A model generated the notes under the pieces. The model saw nothing but the letters and a program-made list of their open reading frames with translations, had not been told where the DNA came from and ran no database searches. Below are positions 18,112 through 29,553 of a stretch of DNA of 64,000 bases, in pieces. Positions within the stretch are counted from its first letter, which is position 1. Each line of letters begins with the position of its first letter. The position numbers and the translations under genes are program-made. The stretch is from Fibrobacteria bacterium (GTDB lineage Bacteria > Fibrobacterota > Fibrobacteria > UBA11236): NCBI GenBank assembly GCA_043745805.1, contig JAYTSD010000006.1, positions 1 through 64,000 on the forward strand, read 5' to 3'.

Positions 18112-21100
18112 GTGTTGAAGCCTTTATTCTCAATGATTGGCGCGGTTTATTTGGCCGCTTTTCCGACTGTATCCCGAGCTGCAACATTTGCTGCGCATGG
18201 ATTAAATTCGCCTCAATCGCAAGGAAGAATTTTGTTTAAGGCAGCGGCGGAAAACTCACAAGCCCCCGACACTTTAGAAGTATATGCGCTCTATGTGCAA
18301 TTTAAAGATGAAAAAGTAGCCACGGATGAAATGAGTACTACGGGGCGAGGCGTATTTGGATCCGATATCGATACGAGTTATACTCTCGATCCCAATAGCG
18401 AAAATATTCGCAAGTCGCAATACTATTTGGAAAAACATTTTGAATTTGCCAAAAACTATTTTGAAAAGGTATCGCATAATAGGGTAACTATAACGTTACA
18501 TATTTTTCCCAAGCCGAATAATTCGGGTTTGATAGACAATCCCTATACTTTGGACAAAAGATTACCGGCTTATAATCCTCCAGAAAAAGAAAAAAAAGAA
18601 AAGAATGCGGCCTTTGAAGAAAGACGCCTGCAACAATTCATGACTTTTATTTCTGAAAGTATTCATCTCGCAGACAAAGGCGATGCGGTTGATGGTAACC
18701 CTTTTAAAACAGATACGATTACTTCAGCCAAAAAATTTCGTGCGTATATGATTTTTCATGCAGGTCATTCTCGCTTATTAGACGGTGGCAATTTGGGTGC
18801 TTTTAATGCTAACTCGGCAGCTGACTTAATCGATTTTTTTGTATCCAAGCCTTATTTTGAGGTTTTCAAAAAAGCCACGACCTCTACCGGAGAACCCAAT
18901 ACAGTGTTACGCAAAGATTCATTGGGCGTGCAACTCAGTAATGGCAAAACACTCACCGATATTATGTTGCTAAGTGAATCGGCTTCGCAGGACAAATTGA
19001 ATTGGGGCATTAATGGGATTTTAGTCAATCAATTGGCGCGTTGTATGGGCTTGCCCGACATGTTCGATGTGGTGAAAGGTATTTCCAAGCTCGGCTATTT
19101 TGATATGATGGATTTTGCCGGTTACAATACTTTAAATGGATTTTTACCCATTTACCCTTCCGCTTGGGTGCGTACTTACATGGGTTGGGAACAACCCGAA
19201 GTTGCCAAATCGGGCGATAGTGCTTTTTCGCGTTATAAAATATGGAGTCCACTCATTGTAGACGACATCAATAAAAAAACGGCTTTAAAAATCCCCTTGA
19301 ATGAGCGGGAATATTTATTGATCGAAAATAGGCAACGTAACCTAAATGATTCGGTAACCCTAAATTACAGTTACAATGAGGACAATAGCAAAGAATTTAA
19401 ATTCGAAAAAACTGGATCCAAAACTATTCCGTTGAGTAAAATCGATTCCGTATTTTTAGATTCGCTGTGCGACACCAAAGGCAAAAATTGCAAAGTTAAC
19501 CCGCTTAAACCCAAAGGTATTATAACCAGCGCAAGCTCTTATGATATAGGGCTTCCCGGGAATGGATTATTGGTTTGGCATGTGAATGATTGGTTTATTC
19601 AAAGTTTTTTAAAATATGGCGCGGTGAATGCGTATTTGGGTGATACACTTAAAAGTCAATATCAAGGCGTAAGTTTAGTGGAGGCCGATGGCATTTTAAG
19701 TATTGGAAAAGAGTTTCGCGATGCTTTGGGGCAACCGGCTTTTGATTATGGATCCGGCGCGGATATGTTACCGCATTTCGAAAAAAAACTGAAACGTCCG
19801 GTTAAAGGCACGGATAGCATTTGGGTGATTGATACCACCAAAATTATTGGTCCTTATGGCAATGCCAACACCAATGCTTGGAATGATGGACGCACACATA
19901 TTCAATTGGAAGTGGTGCTTCCTGCTACACCGAAATGGAAGTCCGGTTTAAATTCATTTTCGGGAGACAATAAAGATTCCGTATTTACCTTAAACGATTC
20001 GTCCATTACCTTAAATGTTTTTTGGCCGAATAATAAATTGCTCGAACAGAAACTTGGAAATGCTTGGCCGGTCACGTTGGATAAAGGAACTCAAGCCCAA
20101 GCGGTAAATTTTTTAAAAACCCCTGCTAATACCTTGCCTGCAAAAAACTGGGTATTACCAATAAGTGATCGCGGTGCGGTGCAGATTTTTACGAATGCAG
20201 GTAAGCCCGGATTATCAGCGCGCGATTCTCTCCCACTTAAATCAGGATACGACTCGGTTTTCACGCTTTTACCTACCGGTAATAGTCGGGATACCGTATA
20301 TTTGCCGATACCTGCTTTAACGGATACTTTGGGATTTCCTTTGGGCAGTGCAACATTTGGGGATAGCGCTTTAGCTGTACTTACCCATAATGCACTGCAT
20401 TTGTTCCGTTTACGCGCAGATAGTTTATTGGCACAATCCCGCGACTCCAGTATTAATAATGTTACGGTAACCTTAGAGGGTCAGGTTGGACCGATAATCA
20501 TTCAAAATAAAGCTTGGGTTATTTCTCAGCAGCATACCGCCTTATCCTATGACCTCAAGGGCATAAGACAGGATAGCATTCCTTTACCTTTAAACTGGAA
20601 AGTGCAAAATCTTGCTGCCATACCAGATGAAAAAGGCGTGATGCAACTTGCTGCGGTAGCAGAAGGTGGTAAAGTATGTGTATTGTCCACCGAAAGTAAA
20701 GTAGCCAGAGATGTAAATGTTGTTTGGGGCGATTATGCGCCGCTTGCGGAAGAGGTATTCACGCTTTCGGTTTCTGATTTTGATCGTAATGGCAATAATG
20801 ATTTGTTCTTGTTGGGATCGCGTGGCTCAGCACATTTAGTAAATCTCGAGGGTAAAAGTTTTATTGGTTTCCCGCAAAACTTTCCCCGCTCGATACGTAT
20901 TGTGGACACTGCATTTAAATATCAAACTGAAGATCGCAGCTCTCCTGCCTTAGCGGATATTAATGAGGACGGCTATCCGGATATTTTATTTACAGTAACT
21001 AATGGGTTACATGCAATTGATTTTCATGGAGCAGCTTTACCCGGATGGCCTTTTGCTTTGGAACAACATCAAGCCATAGGCCTATTGTATGGAAACAAAA

Positions 21101-21834
21101 AATCACCGGAAACCGTGGTGCAAAGCACGCCCTTAGTTTTCGCTTTGAATCAAAAGCCTACGATATTAATTGCTTCACCGGATGGCTTAATCTGGGCCTT
21201 GAATGCGCAAGGTAAAATCGTGGACACTACTTCCTACGAGCCTAACTCTTATAAACAAGCGGGTCTCTTATCTTTGAATAAAAATGATTGGCCTCTGACG
21301 ATAGGTGGCTCAACTATTGATAGCATGGTGAAGCCCTTCATTCATCTTTACCTTAATGCCCCTAATGGGAATAACAATGACCTTGATTTGTTTGCGCATA
21401 CCGGTTCCGGAAGTTTAAATGCATGGACCTTAAAAAAATCAACTGCAAAGTCAGGCCTATCTTGGTTGCTTCCAGGCGGAAATGGAGAAAGGCAAAATTA
21501 TCTTAATGCCGCTTTATTACCCGAAACTTCAACTTCAGCCAAAGAAGAAAATATTCGAAACTTTTTTCTCTTTCCTAGCCCAGTTCGAGGCGCCACGGCA
21601 ACTATACATTTGGAAATTGGAACTATGGCTCAAAAAGCCCGAATTAAGATTTACGATTTAGCCGGAGTAAAAGTTAAAGAGCAAGAATGGACTCAGCTCA
21701 ATGCAGGCATACAGCCGTATACCCAAGTACTTGACCTCAGTCATTTAGGCCCCGACGTTTACTCTGCGCAGGTGGAAGTATGGTTTGCAGGTGGTAAAAA
21801 ACAAAAATGGGTACGCTTTGGAGTGATTCGCTAA
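18112..21834 (+). CDS. Secreted M6 (immune inhibitor A)-like protein with FG-GAP-like repeats and T9SS-like CTD; zinc motif degenerate
   Basis: IFHAGH, GLPDMFD, PSAWVRTYMGW, EYLLIENRQ, GLLVWHVND, LVEADG; DFDRNGNNDL and DINEDGYPDI; FPSPVRG...IYDLAG tail. Confidence 0.8.
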   Translation: MLKPLFSMIGAVYLAAFPTVSRAATFAAHGLNSPQSQGRILFKAAAENSQAPDTLEVYALYVQFKDEKVATDEMSTTGRGVFGSDIDTSYTLDPNSENIRKSQYYLEKHFEFAKNYFEKVSHNRVTITLHIFPKPNNSGLIDNPYTLDKRLPAYNPPEKEKKEKNAAFEERRLQQFMTFISESIHLADKGDAVDGNPFKTDTITSAKKFRAYMIFHAGHSRLLDGGNLGAFNANSAADLIDFFVSKPYFEVFKKATTSTGEPNTVLRKDSLGVQLSNGKTLTDIMLLSESASQDKLNWGINGILVNQLARCMGLPDMFDVVKGISKLGYFDMMDFAGYNTLNGFLPIYPSAWVRTYMGWEQPEVAKSGDSAFSRYKIWSPLIVDDINKKTALKIPLNEREYLLIENRQRNLNDSVTLNYSYNEDNSKEFKFEKTGSKTIPLSKIDSVFLDSLCDTKGKNCKVNPLKPKGIITSASSYDIGLPGNGLLVWHVNDWFIQSFLKYGAVNAYLGDTLKSQYQGVSLVEADGILSIGKEFRDALGQPAFDYGSGADMLPHFEKKLKRPVKGTDSIWVIDTTKIIGPYGNANTNAWNDGRTHIQLEVVLPATPKWKSGLNSFSGDNKDSVFTLNDSSITLNVFWPNNKLLEQKLGNAWPVTLDKGTQAQAVNFLKTPANTLPAKNWVLPISDRGAVQIFTNAGKPGLSARDSLPLKSGYDSVFTLLPTGNSRDTVYLPIPALTDTLGFPLGSATFGDSALAVLTHNALHLFRLRADSLLAQSRDSSINNVTVTLEGQVGPIIIQNKAWVISQQHTALSYDLKGIRQDSIPLPLNWKVQNLAAIPDEKGVMQLAAVAEGGKVCVLSTESKVARDVNVVWGDYAPLAEEVFTLSVSDFDRNGNNDLFLLGSRGSAHLVNLEGKSFIGFPQNFPRSIRIVDTAFKYQTEDRSSPALADINEDGYPDILFTVTNGLHAIDFHGAALPGWPFALEQHQAIGLLYGNKKSPETVVQSTPLVFALNQKPTILIASPDGLIWALNAQGKIVDTTSYEPNSYKQAGLLSLNKNDWPLTIGGSTIDSMVKPFIHLYLNAPNGNNNDLDLFAHTGSGSLNAWTLKKSTAKSGLSWLLPGGNGERQNYLNAALLPETSTSAKEENIRNFFLFPSPVRGATATIHLEIGTMAQKARIKIYDLAGVKVKEQEWTQLNAGIQPYTQVLDLSHLGPDVYSAQVEVWFAGGKKQKWVRFGVIR

Positions 21835-21847
21835 AGAGTAAAAAAGA

Positions 21848-21870
21848 GACTGAATGGCAATAATTCAGTC
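21848..21870. terminator. Hairpin downstream of the M6-like gene, possible terminator
   Basis: GACTGAAT-N7-ATTCAGTC perfect 8-bp stem; no clear U tract on plus strand. Confidence 0.3.
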
Positions 21871-21976
21871 GAGTAATTGGTCGATAAATGTTTACCTTTT
21901 ACATCCTTCAAGGTCTCCATTTTTAAGATGTTTAAGCTTGGAATGACGGATAAGTTTTTATTCAGGATAATTAGGC

Positions 21977-22678
21977 ATGTATAAATATATTGTTATGGGC
22001 ATTCAAGGGGTTGGCAAAGGCACACAGGCAAAATTGCTTTGCGAAAATTATGACTTTGTGCATTTATGTATCGGCGATATTTTTCGCTGGCATATTGCTA
22101 ATCACACTAAGCTTGCTGCCAAAATCAATCGCGTGATATCCAAAGGCCAAATGGTAAGTGATGATATGGTTTTTAAAGTGGTCGCAGAAAGAATGACTTG
22201 GCATGATTGGAATTACGGTTTTGTGCTCGATGGCTTCCCTCGCAATTTTGCGCAGGCGGAGTTTCTTTTTGAAAGTTATAACATTAATGCGGTAGTGCAT
22301 TTAGATGCGCCGGATAGTTTGGTGATGGAGAGAGTTTTAGCACGCCGCATTTGTTCGGGTTGTGGATTGGATTATAATTTAATTGGCCATCGTCCAAAAG
22401 TGGAAGGTATTTGTGATGTTTGTCATGGCACATTGAATCATCGTTCCGATGACCATGAAGAAGCTTTAAAAAAACGCATTGAAGATTACCATAGCAAAAC
22501 CGAGCCTATGCTAGATTTTTTTAAACGCATTGGGATATTGCATAGTGTAGATGCCACGGCACCAATTGAAACTGTATTTAATAATATTCGTACCTCTTTA
22601 AATTTACCTGCACCAAAATGTGCCCTAAATACCACCTCCGCAAGTTTAGAAGCGGTAAAAATGGAAAGGAAATTATGA
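21977..22678 (+). CDS. adk: Adenylate kinase / nucleoside monophosphate kinase with Zn lid
   Basis: [12 protein letters not shown]-loop, LDGFPR, CSGC...CDVC lid, RSDD. Confidence 0.85.
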   Translation: MYKYIVMGIQGVGKGTQAKLLCENYDFVHLCIGDIFRWHIANHTKLAAKINRVISKGQMVSDDMVFKVVAERMTWHDWNYGFVLDGFPRNFAQAEFLFESYNINAVVHLDAPDSLVMERVLARRICSGCGLDYNLIGHRPKVEGICDVCHGTLNHRSDDHEEALKKRIEDYHSKTEPMLDFFKRIGILHSVDATAPIETVFNNIRTSLNLPAPKCALNTTSASLEAVKMERKL

Positions 22679-23541
22679 AAGGCATTATTCTAGCGGGCGG
22701 AGCGGGTAGTCGACTCTATCCTTTGACGCAAGTTGCGAGCAAACAACTTTTACCGGTTTATGATAAGCCGATGATATTTTATCCACTGGCCACCTTGATG
22801 CTGGGCGGTATAAAAGACTTTTTGCTTATCTCTACGCCTCAAGATATTCCTCGTTTTCAAAATCTTTTGGGAGATGGTGCGCCACTCGGAATTAAGATTG
22901 AATATGCAGTGCAGGACAAGCCTGATGGTATTGCCAAAGCCTTTGTGATCGGCGAAAAGTTTATTGGTAACAATCCGGTTACACTTATTTTGGGCGACAA
23001 TATTTTTTATGGTCGTATGAAGTTGGATGAAATTATTTCCAACTTTACTTCGGGCGCTAAAGTTTTTGGTTATTATGTTAAAGATCCAGAGCGTTATGGA
23101 GTGGTAGAATTTAGTAGCGATCAAAAAGTAGTGGGCTTAGAAGAAAAACCTAAAACACCCAAATCCAATTATGCGGTTCCAGGATTATACATTTATGATT
23201 CTAAGGTAGTTGAAATTACCAAGTCACTTAAACCATCTCCTCGTGGCGAATTGGAAATTACCGATTTAAATTTAGCGTATCTTAAGCAAGGTAACCTGTC
23301 GGTTTCTCTGCTTGGACGTGGCATTGCTTGGTTGGATACCGGAACCCATGCGAGCTTGCTGGAAGCCAGTAACTTCATTTATACTTTGGAAGCTCGACAG
23401 GGTTTAAAAATCGCCTGTCTTGAAGAAATCGCTTTGACACGAGGCTTCATTACCTTGGCGCAATTTCAAAAAGTAGCGGAAGATATGCCAAAATCCCCTT
23501 ATCGAGAATATTTACAAGAACGCGCCAAGGCTTTAAGCTAA
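22675..23541 (+). CDS. rfbA: Glucose-1-phosphate thymidylyltransferase
   Basis: [40 protein letters not shown] overlaps adk stop. Confidence 0.96.
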   Translation: MKGIILAGGAGSRLYPLTQVASKQLLPVYDKPMIFYPLATLMLGGIKDFLLISTPQDIPRFQNLLGDGAPLGIKIEYAVQDKPDGIAKAFVIGEKFIGNNPVTLILGDNIFYGRMKLDEIISNFTSGAKVFGYYVKDPERYGVVEFSSDQKVVGLEEKPKTPKSNYAVPGLYIYDSKVVEITKSLKPSPRGELEITDLNLAYLKQGNLSVSLLGRGIAWLDTGTHASLLEASNFIYTLEARQGLKIACLEEIALTRGFITLAQFQKVAEDMPKSPYREYLQERAKALS

Positions 23542-23587
23542 ACCTTTGAAAGCGAAGATGGCTAGGGTAACAAAACTGTTAGGCTAT

Positions 23588-25186
23588 TTAAAAAGCCAAG
23601 GTTAAGCTAAACTGGTGACCTTGGGCTAAAGGCTGGTCTTCGCCAAAACCTAAGGCATAACTATAATTGACCGATAAATTGTTTTGCGAAAACCCATTAT
23701 TAAATCCCGAACTTTCTATTCCAAAGCCCACGGTTAATTTTTGCACGGCCTCGCGACCAAAAACTTCTACTAAGCCGGCGCGCAGGAAAAGAATTTGCCA
23801 TAAACCTTGTTCGCCTCCTAGGCGGATTTGATCGGTTTGATCCACAAACAAGGCTTTTTGGCCATCCATTAATAAGGTTAACTGAGGTGTTACCTTGTAG
23901 CTAGTACCGACGGAAAATTCGGGCGGAAGGATTTCGCCATAACGCTGATTCGTTAAAGTATTATGATGCACGAGGGCGCTAACACCGTCGCGTAAAAAAA
24001 CACCGGCTTCAATTTGTTCGGTAAAGGGAAATTGTAGTCCAGCATCTAATCCAAACCCAAAGCTATTTCCAGTCGATCGCTCTAAACCATTGCCACCCTC
24101 TCCCACTTGTGCTAAATAAATTTTAGCCCCAAGCCCCGCCTTAATGGGTTCAAACCATTCACCTAAAAAACTGAGCGGCATGGCAAAAGCATTTTCTAAT
24201 ACTATTTCATTAGCTAAATTATCACCGGTATATTGAAGCCCTAATCCTTGTTGTAAGGAACCAGTCAAAGCACCACAGTACCCTAAATAAAAGGAAGGAA
24301 TATTTCCTGGCAAAGTACTTTTAATAAAAAGGGCTTCGGGTTTGGTGGTATTGGCAAGACCTGCAGGATTCAATAAAAGCGCATGCGCACCCGTAACATA
24401 AGCGATACCTGCTCCTCCTTGCGCGGCATATTGTGGACCCATTGCTGGATGGCTAAAAAATCCTCGTATAAAAGAAGATAAGCCGTCGCCCTCTAAAAGC
24501 GGTTGACCCACTTGGGTAGTATTCGCATCATTTTGGCTGAGTTGTCCTTCGGTGGCTGCAATAACCAAACCCGTAAGCATAAGTCCCGTTCCAATTATTC
24601 CATAGGATAACTTTCCATTTTTGGGTAAAGGCGCTTTGGTCCAAGTATAGTTTTGTGCATTTTCGGATAACGAATCCATATTGCCTTTATCCAAAATTTC
24701 TTGCGTCGCATTTTGCGCAAAAGGAATTAACGGATCACATAAAGTATCCTTGAGGTAAAAAGATTTTATACTACCGGTTTTTTCCAGAGCGCGAATCACT
24801 ACTCTTTTTTTAACATCGAACAGCAATAATCGAAGTCTTTGCAAGCTATCCATGCGGGTAATTTGTCCGGCTAAAAAATAATCGGGCGACAAATGATTCG
24901 CTATTTTATTGAGACATTCCCATGAAAAACAGGTTTTTGGAAACACTCCAACTTTCCAATATCGAAGCATTTCTTCGCGTGTCCATACGGTATGGGTTTC
25001 GGCTTGCGTAGCCCCCAAGCGCATAGCGCTTTCCCATTTTTCTCGGGTTTTGGGATCAATGGATTTTTGCACATTAATATATTCGGGAGGTAAAACTAAT
25101 AGTGTTGGCGTTTCGGCAAAGCAAGGTAACCTTAACATTACTATACCCAGCATAAACCAAAATTTGTGCAAAGGGATGCGTTTCAT
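23588..25186 (-). CDS. Outer-membrane PorV/PorQ-like barrel protein with N-terminal extra domain
   Basis: AAQGGAGIA...LLNPAGLA motif, alternating beta-strands, C-terminal HQFSLTLAF. Confidence 0.6.
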   Translation of the reverse strand: MKRIPLHKFWFMLGIVMLRLPCFAETPTLLVLPPEYINVQKSIDPKTREKWESAMRLGATQAETHTVWTREEMLRYWKVGVFPKTCFSWECLNKIANHLSPDYFLAGQITRMDSLQRLRLLLFDVKKRVVIRALEKTGSIKSFYLKDTLCDPLIPFAQNATQEILDKGNMDSLSENAQNYTWTKAPLPKNGKLSYGIIGTGLMLTGLVIAATEGQLSQNDANTTQVGQPLLEGDGLSSFIRGFFSHPAMGPQYAAQGGAGIAYVTGAHALLLNPAGLANTTKPEALFIKSTLPGNIPSFYLGYCGALTGSLQQGLGLQYTGDNLANEIVLENAFAMPLSFLGEWFEPIKAGLGAKIYLAQVGEGGNGLERSTGNSFGFGLDAGLQFPFTEQIEAGVFLRDGVSALVHHNTLTNQRYGEILPPEFSVGTSYKVTPQLTLLMDGQKALFVDQTDQIRLGGEQGLWQILFLRAGLVEVFGREAVQKLTVGFGIESSGFNNGFSQNNLSVNYSYALGFGEDQPLAQGHQFSLTLAF

Positions 25187-28100
25187 TGGAATACCACCAC
25201 GGGTTTGACCAAATAATTTTCTTTATGACCACCCGTTTCGCGCAAGGATAATTTGACTAAATAGCGTCCATTGCGCACCCAGCGCCCTTGATCGGTTTTA
25301 CCATCCCAATAAAAATCCACTGGAATTTTGGCTACCGTTTGATGTTCAATCAAGATACGCATAAGCTCTCCTTCGAGACTATAAATTTTAATGGAGAAGG
25401 TAACTTGTGAACTTGTATTAGACTCAGCACGAAAATGTATGCGTGTTCCATAAGCAGTATTGCCGTCGCGCGAGGCCAACACTAAAGGACTAAAAGGATT
25501 GGGTATGATTTCGAAATCGGCTACGGATAACGGCAAAGATGGTGTGCGCAATCCAACATAATAACCATCGTATCCATAGATCGGCAAAGACAAAGATCTT
25601 TTTTTGAAAATGTTTATATCTGCCAACGCGCTATCCGAATAATTAATCCATGCTAAATCGAGATTATCGAATATACCGAGTCGACTTTGTCGCCCTTCGC
25701 TCCAAGCAGGTAAGCCAAAGCGAAAACGTAGCTTTTTGGAAAAATTCGATCCAAGTGGATTAGAAATTTCATACAAAGGTCCAGTAACCACTTCCTTTTC
25801 TTCACTAATAAATACATTACTAATTTTGCGTTGAAAGATTCTTAATTGGCCTTGGCTATTTCCTAATAAGGCAGAGTCGGGCAATGAAATTTCAAATCCT
25901 GCATCATGAAAAAGAGATCTTGAACTGTCGCCACTTTTGACTGTTTGACCCACATTTAAACCCCGAAATAACGCGTCTCTTTCAATACCTAATTCGGTGC
26001 TAATAATTTCCCCATCAGGATTTTGATGATTAGCGAGAATGCGCAAAGGGCCAATAAAATTAGGATTTAGCTGTACTTCACCTTCAATAATTTGACCCGC
26101 CTCCTGCGGAAGTAAGGTATAAGTTGGATTGGGAGTGAGGTTGGCAGGAGGCTTAAGGGTAGTATCGAAAGCAGAAATAAATAAGGTGAAGTTTTCGGGC
26201 CTATCTATTTGTGTGGCTTGTCCTATGGAGCTGTTCAAACGCAGTAAATTGATTCTTGCATCCACTGTAAGAATGGGAATTGTCATTTTAACTGAGCTTG
26301 TGCGAAGTTCGGCCGTAACATATAAAGTATCCCAAATAACAGTTGCCGATTTTTTGGATAAAGATTGGCTCTTATTGGCGGTGCTTAAAGATACTCTGCG
26401 GCCTATGCGCCTAGTGAAGCTTAAACTTGTTCCGACATTTAATCCCCAAGATATTTTGCTGGTTAAATCGGAATCTAAAGCGCTATCCAAAGATTGTCCG
26501 GCAGCATTAAACCCATTTAAATGAAAATCAAAATGACTTGCGCGGGGGAGCCTTAAGATTTCGCCGCCATCTAAATGTAAAGTGGTTAAATCCGGATTGG
26601 GTGTTACCGCTGCGCGAAAATTCCGTGAAGAGGCTGCATTTGCATAACGAATACCTTTTGCATAGATAACAAAATAATAAACCAAATTTCCCCCTTGCAA
26701 TCCCGGATTAAAGGAAATGGTTCGCACTGAATCCATACTATTTAGCAAAGCTGAAGTTAGGCGTAATGTGTCTTTTGGGTTACCGTAACCAAAAACCAAA
26801 AACCCAGAATCAATTTTTTGTGAAGCAATTAATTCTAAAGAAACTTTTTTGAATTGAAAGGATAGGGACAATGGAGCATGGGAAAAAGGGAAAGATAAAT
26901 TGACTACGGTATCGGTTGGGCCTGTAAATGGAAGTTGGAATTGAAATTTTTCGGGAGGAATGAGATATGTATTTTTGGGGTTCGCGACCAAGGTATAGGT
27001 TCCGGTGGGAGCAGGAAAAAGTTTTTCACCGGATTGCAAAATAATTTCGAGTGGACTTTGTAATTGTATGCTACCACTTTCGGCAATGGCACCTCTCTGC
27101 AAATTAAATGTGAGACTATGGTTTGATTGTTCGAGGGCTAAGTTTTCATTTGAGATCCATATTCCATTAGTTATGTTAACACTGGGTTCACTCTTTAGTC
27201 CATATCCTTGGAGCCCACAAGCTAATCGATATTGTCCATCAGGAATACCTTCTAAAATATATTGCAATACTCCATCTTGGCGAATGGGTGAAGTGGATCC
27301 TACAAGTGCACCGGTGGATTGCTGTAATAAACTGACAATAATATTATTCGTTCTGACGGTGGTGTCGGGTGTTAAGGTAACATTTCCTTGAATGCGTGCC
27401 CATTGGTGTAACTGTAGATCTTTATTTTGCGTGGATCGTTGAGATCCAAAGCTGATGTCCAAGGATTCCGGCGAAGCTTGGCCAGTCCAGGTAACAGTTA
27501 AGCGATATTTACCAGAATCCAAAATGGAAAAAGAATAACCTCCCTGCGCATCCGAGATCATGTTTTGGGAAGTGCTATTGAACAAGCTACGGAGCTGCAA
27601 TTGCGCGCCGCTTAAGGGACCGCTAGAAATATTAGTTGTTGAAATTGCTGAGGACTTGGTAATTCGTCCTTTTAAAATGGAGGCGCCAGCGGTAAGTTGA
27701 AATTGTAACGTTTGTGCACCCGAAACTTGTATGGATTTTTCGGCGGCGCTAAATCCAGTTTTGGAAACGGCAACGCTGTAAGTTGCAGGCGCTAAGTAAA
27801 GTTGAAAATTTCCTGCAATATCAGTTTGTACACTGCGTAGTATTTTTCCGGAAGCGTCTTTGATATCTACTTGCGCATTGAGAATAGCTTGCCCCTTATC
27901 ATTGATTACAGTTCCCGAAAGCGAGCTTTGAATTTTACTGAGTGCAAGTTTCCCCAAATCAATTTTTTTTCCCAGTAACAAGTTAATGACGGTATCTCGC
28001 GGATTATAGTCCGATTTAGTTAAGGTTAAGCTATATCCTCCGGCGCTTAAACCTAAAAGAAAAAATCCATTCGCATCGCTTAAGGCTTGAATGGTTCGGC

Positions 28101-29553
28101 CACTATTGTCTTTGGCCAGGATAGAAGCGTTATCTAAAGGAAGGTGTGAGGCATCTTCTAAAACCCCACTGACTTGGCTTTGGGCTAATGGCATATATTG
28201 ATTTACTACAACCAAAGAAGCTCCCAAACTAACATCTCGTTTTTGGGTTAAATATCCATTTTTGGTAAACACAAGTTGATAATCACCACGCGTCATGGAT
28301 TTGTCTATAGTCTCATTGGCCACGGTAAATAAGGGCAAGGGGTCGGTGCCTCCGGCAATGGGAATGATTTGCACTTTAACATCTCCCAAACTGGTGGTAT
28401 CGTCAATGGCATTTAAACCTTTGGCGGCGAGGCTTAAGGTTTGCACATTGGTTTGGTAAAAAAAGGAAGAGGTATCGCCTACGGTACTACTCCCATTGTC
28501 TCCTAAAGCAAAAACCTTAAAAGTATATCGGCTATTCAGTAAAGATTGTTTAGCATTGAATACCACAAAAGTATCGGTCACTTCATTTTGCCAAACGGGA
28601 ATGAGCACATCTAAGCCATTTTGTTTTTGCGAAGCATAAACATAAACCTGATAGGTATTAGCAGGAATAATTTTGCCTTGAGCATTCTTGGTAAGTCCCC
28701 ATTGAAATCGAATCAAGCTATCCTTAACAGAATTTAGCGTATCTCCGCGGGTAGGGAAAATATTTCGTGGAGGCGAAAGAGAGATGGAGCTTTGTAAACT
28801 AAAGAGTTTAATGGTTTGGGTTTTGGTAGAGGAGGATAATGCACTACGTCCATCAAAATTATTTAGGAGAATAAAATTGTATGTTACCCCAGGAGAAAGT
28901 GGCGGAGGATTCAGTTTGGCAAAATTTCCGGAAGGATCGGGTGACCCATAGGCCACACTAGTTTTGGTAGTGATCACCTGCCAAATAATGCTCGCACCGG
29001 AAACTACTCCTTTATTGGGATCAATTTGTATGGCTTGATCCGAAAGTAGTAAATGATAGGCTGGAACACCTGGCACCGGTGTCCAACTGAAGGTGGGGCT
29101 GGCATTGGTTTCAATACTTTGTGGAGTCAGTATGGTAGCGCTTTGGGAAGTGGTAATGAGTAAGGGTATTTCCGGCGTTACCAAGCTGCCATCGGAGGTA
29201 GCAGCGACTACGTACGCAAAACCTAAGGGAAGCTGAGCGGAACCTGTTATAGCGTCTTTTGCCGAAGCCGTAAAATTAAAGGTCTTGGAAATGGCGTTAG
29301 CATCCGCGTTCAGGGTAACATTATTGATCCGTAAAGTATGTCCCGCGAGAATATTACCCACCGGTGTTTTGCTATAATAAAGATGAAGTGAATCGGGAAC
29401 TGATGTACTAAGGGGAGGTAATGGGTTTACTGTTAATTTGATAAGAGAATCTTGTAAGGTTTCCCCTTTGGGAAATTGAGAAAAAAGTAAGCTGGGTTGT
29501 GACCAACTGTATAGGCTCATGAGAGTCACAAAAAGGCTCAGTTTAAAAAGCAT
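25183..29553 (-). CDS. Large secreted protein with carboxypeptidase-regulatory-like (Cna-B) repeats and FlgD/T9SS-like CTD
   Basis: Repeats SGVLED...SDANGFF, SGTVIND...TDIAGNF; C-terminal PNPFSP...WDGKTDQGRWVRNGRY. Confidence 0.75.
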   Translation of the reverse strand: MLFKLSLFVTLMSLYSWSQPSLLFSQFPKGETLQDSLIKLTVNPLPPLSTSVPDSLHLYYSKTPVGNILAGHTLRINNVTLNADANAISKTFNFTASAKDAITGSAQLPLGFAYVVAATSDGSLVTPEIPLLITTSQSATILTPQSIETNASPTFSWTPVPGVPAYHLLLSDQAIQIDPNKGVVSGASIIWQVITTKTSVAYGSPDPSGNFAKLNPPPLSPGVTYNFILLNNFDGRSALSSSTKTQTIKLFSLQSSISLSPPRNIFPTRGDTLNSVKDSLIRFQWGLTKNAQGKIIPANTYQVYVYASQKQNGLDVLIPVWQNEVTDTFVVFNAKQSLLNSRYTFKVFALGDNGSSTVGDTSSFFYQTNVQTLSLAAKGLNAIDDTTSLGDVKVQIIPIAGGTDPLPLFTVANETIDKSMTRGDYQLVFTKNGYLTQKRDVSLGASLVVVNQYMPLAQSQVSGVLEDASHLPLDNASILAKDNSGRTIQALSDANGFFLLGLSAGGYSLTLTKSDYNPRDTVINLLLGKKIDLGKLALSKIQSSLSGTVINDKGQAILNAQVDIKDASGKILRSVQTDIAGNFQLYLAPATYSVAVSKTGFSAAEKSIQVSGAQTLQFQLTAGASILKGRITKSSAISTTNISSGPLSGAQLQLRSLFNSTSQNMISDAQGGYSFSILDSGKYRLTVTWTGQASPESLDISFGSQRSTQNKDLQLHQWARIQGNVTLTPDTTVRTNNIIVSLLQQSTGALVGSTSPIRQDGVLQYILEGIPDGQYRLACGLQGYGLKSEPSVNITNGIWISNENLALEQSNHSLTFNLQRGAIAESGSIQLQSPLEIILQSGEKLFPAPTGTYTLVANPKNTYLIPPEKFQFQLPFTGPTDTVVNLSFPFSHAPLSLSFQFKKVSLELIASQKIDSGFLVFGYGNPKDTLRLTSALLNSMDSVRTISFNPGLQGGNLVYYFVIYAKGIRYANAASSRNFRAAVTPNPDLTTLHLDGGEILRLPRASHFDFHLNGFNAAGQSLDSALDSDLTSKISWGLNVGTSLSFTRRIGRRVSLSTANKSQSLSKKSATVIWDTLYVTAELRTSSVKMTIPILTVDARINLLRLNSSIGQATQIDRPENFTLFISAFDTTLKPPANLTPNPTYTLLPQEAGQIIEGEVQLNPNFIGPLRILANHQNPDGEIISTELGIERDALFRGLNVGQTVKSGDSSRSLFHDAGFEISLPDSALLGNSQGQLRIFQRKISNVFISEEKEVVTGPLYEISNPLGSNFSKKLRFRFGLPAWSEGRQSRLGIFDNLDLAWINYSDSALADINIFKKRSLSLPIYGYDGYYVGLRTPSLPLSVADFEIIPNPFSPLVLASRDGNTAYGTRIHFRAESNTSSQVTFSIKIYSLEGELMRILIEHQTVAKIPVDFYWDGKTDQGRWVRNGRYLVKLSLRETGGHKENYLVKPVVVFQ

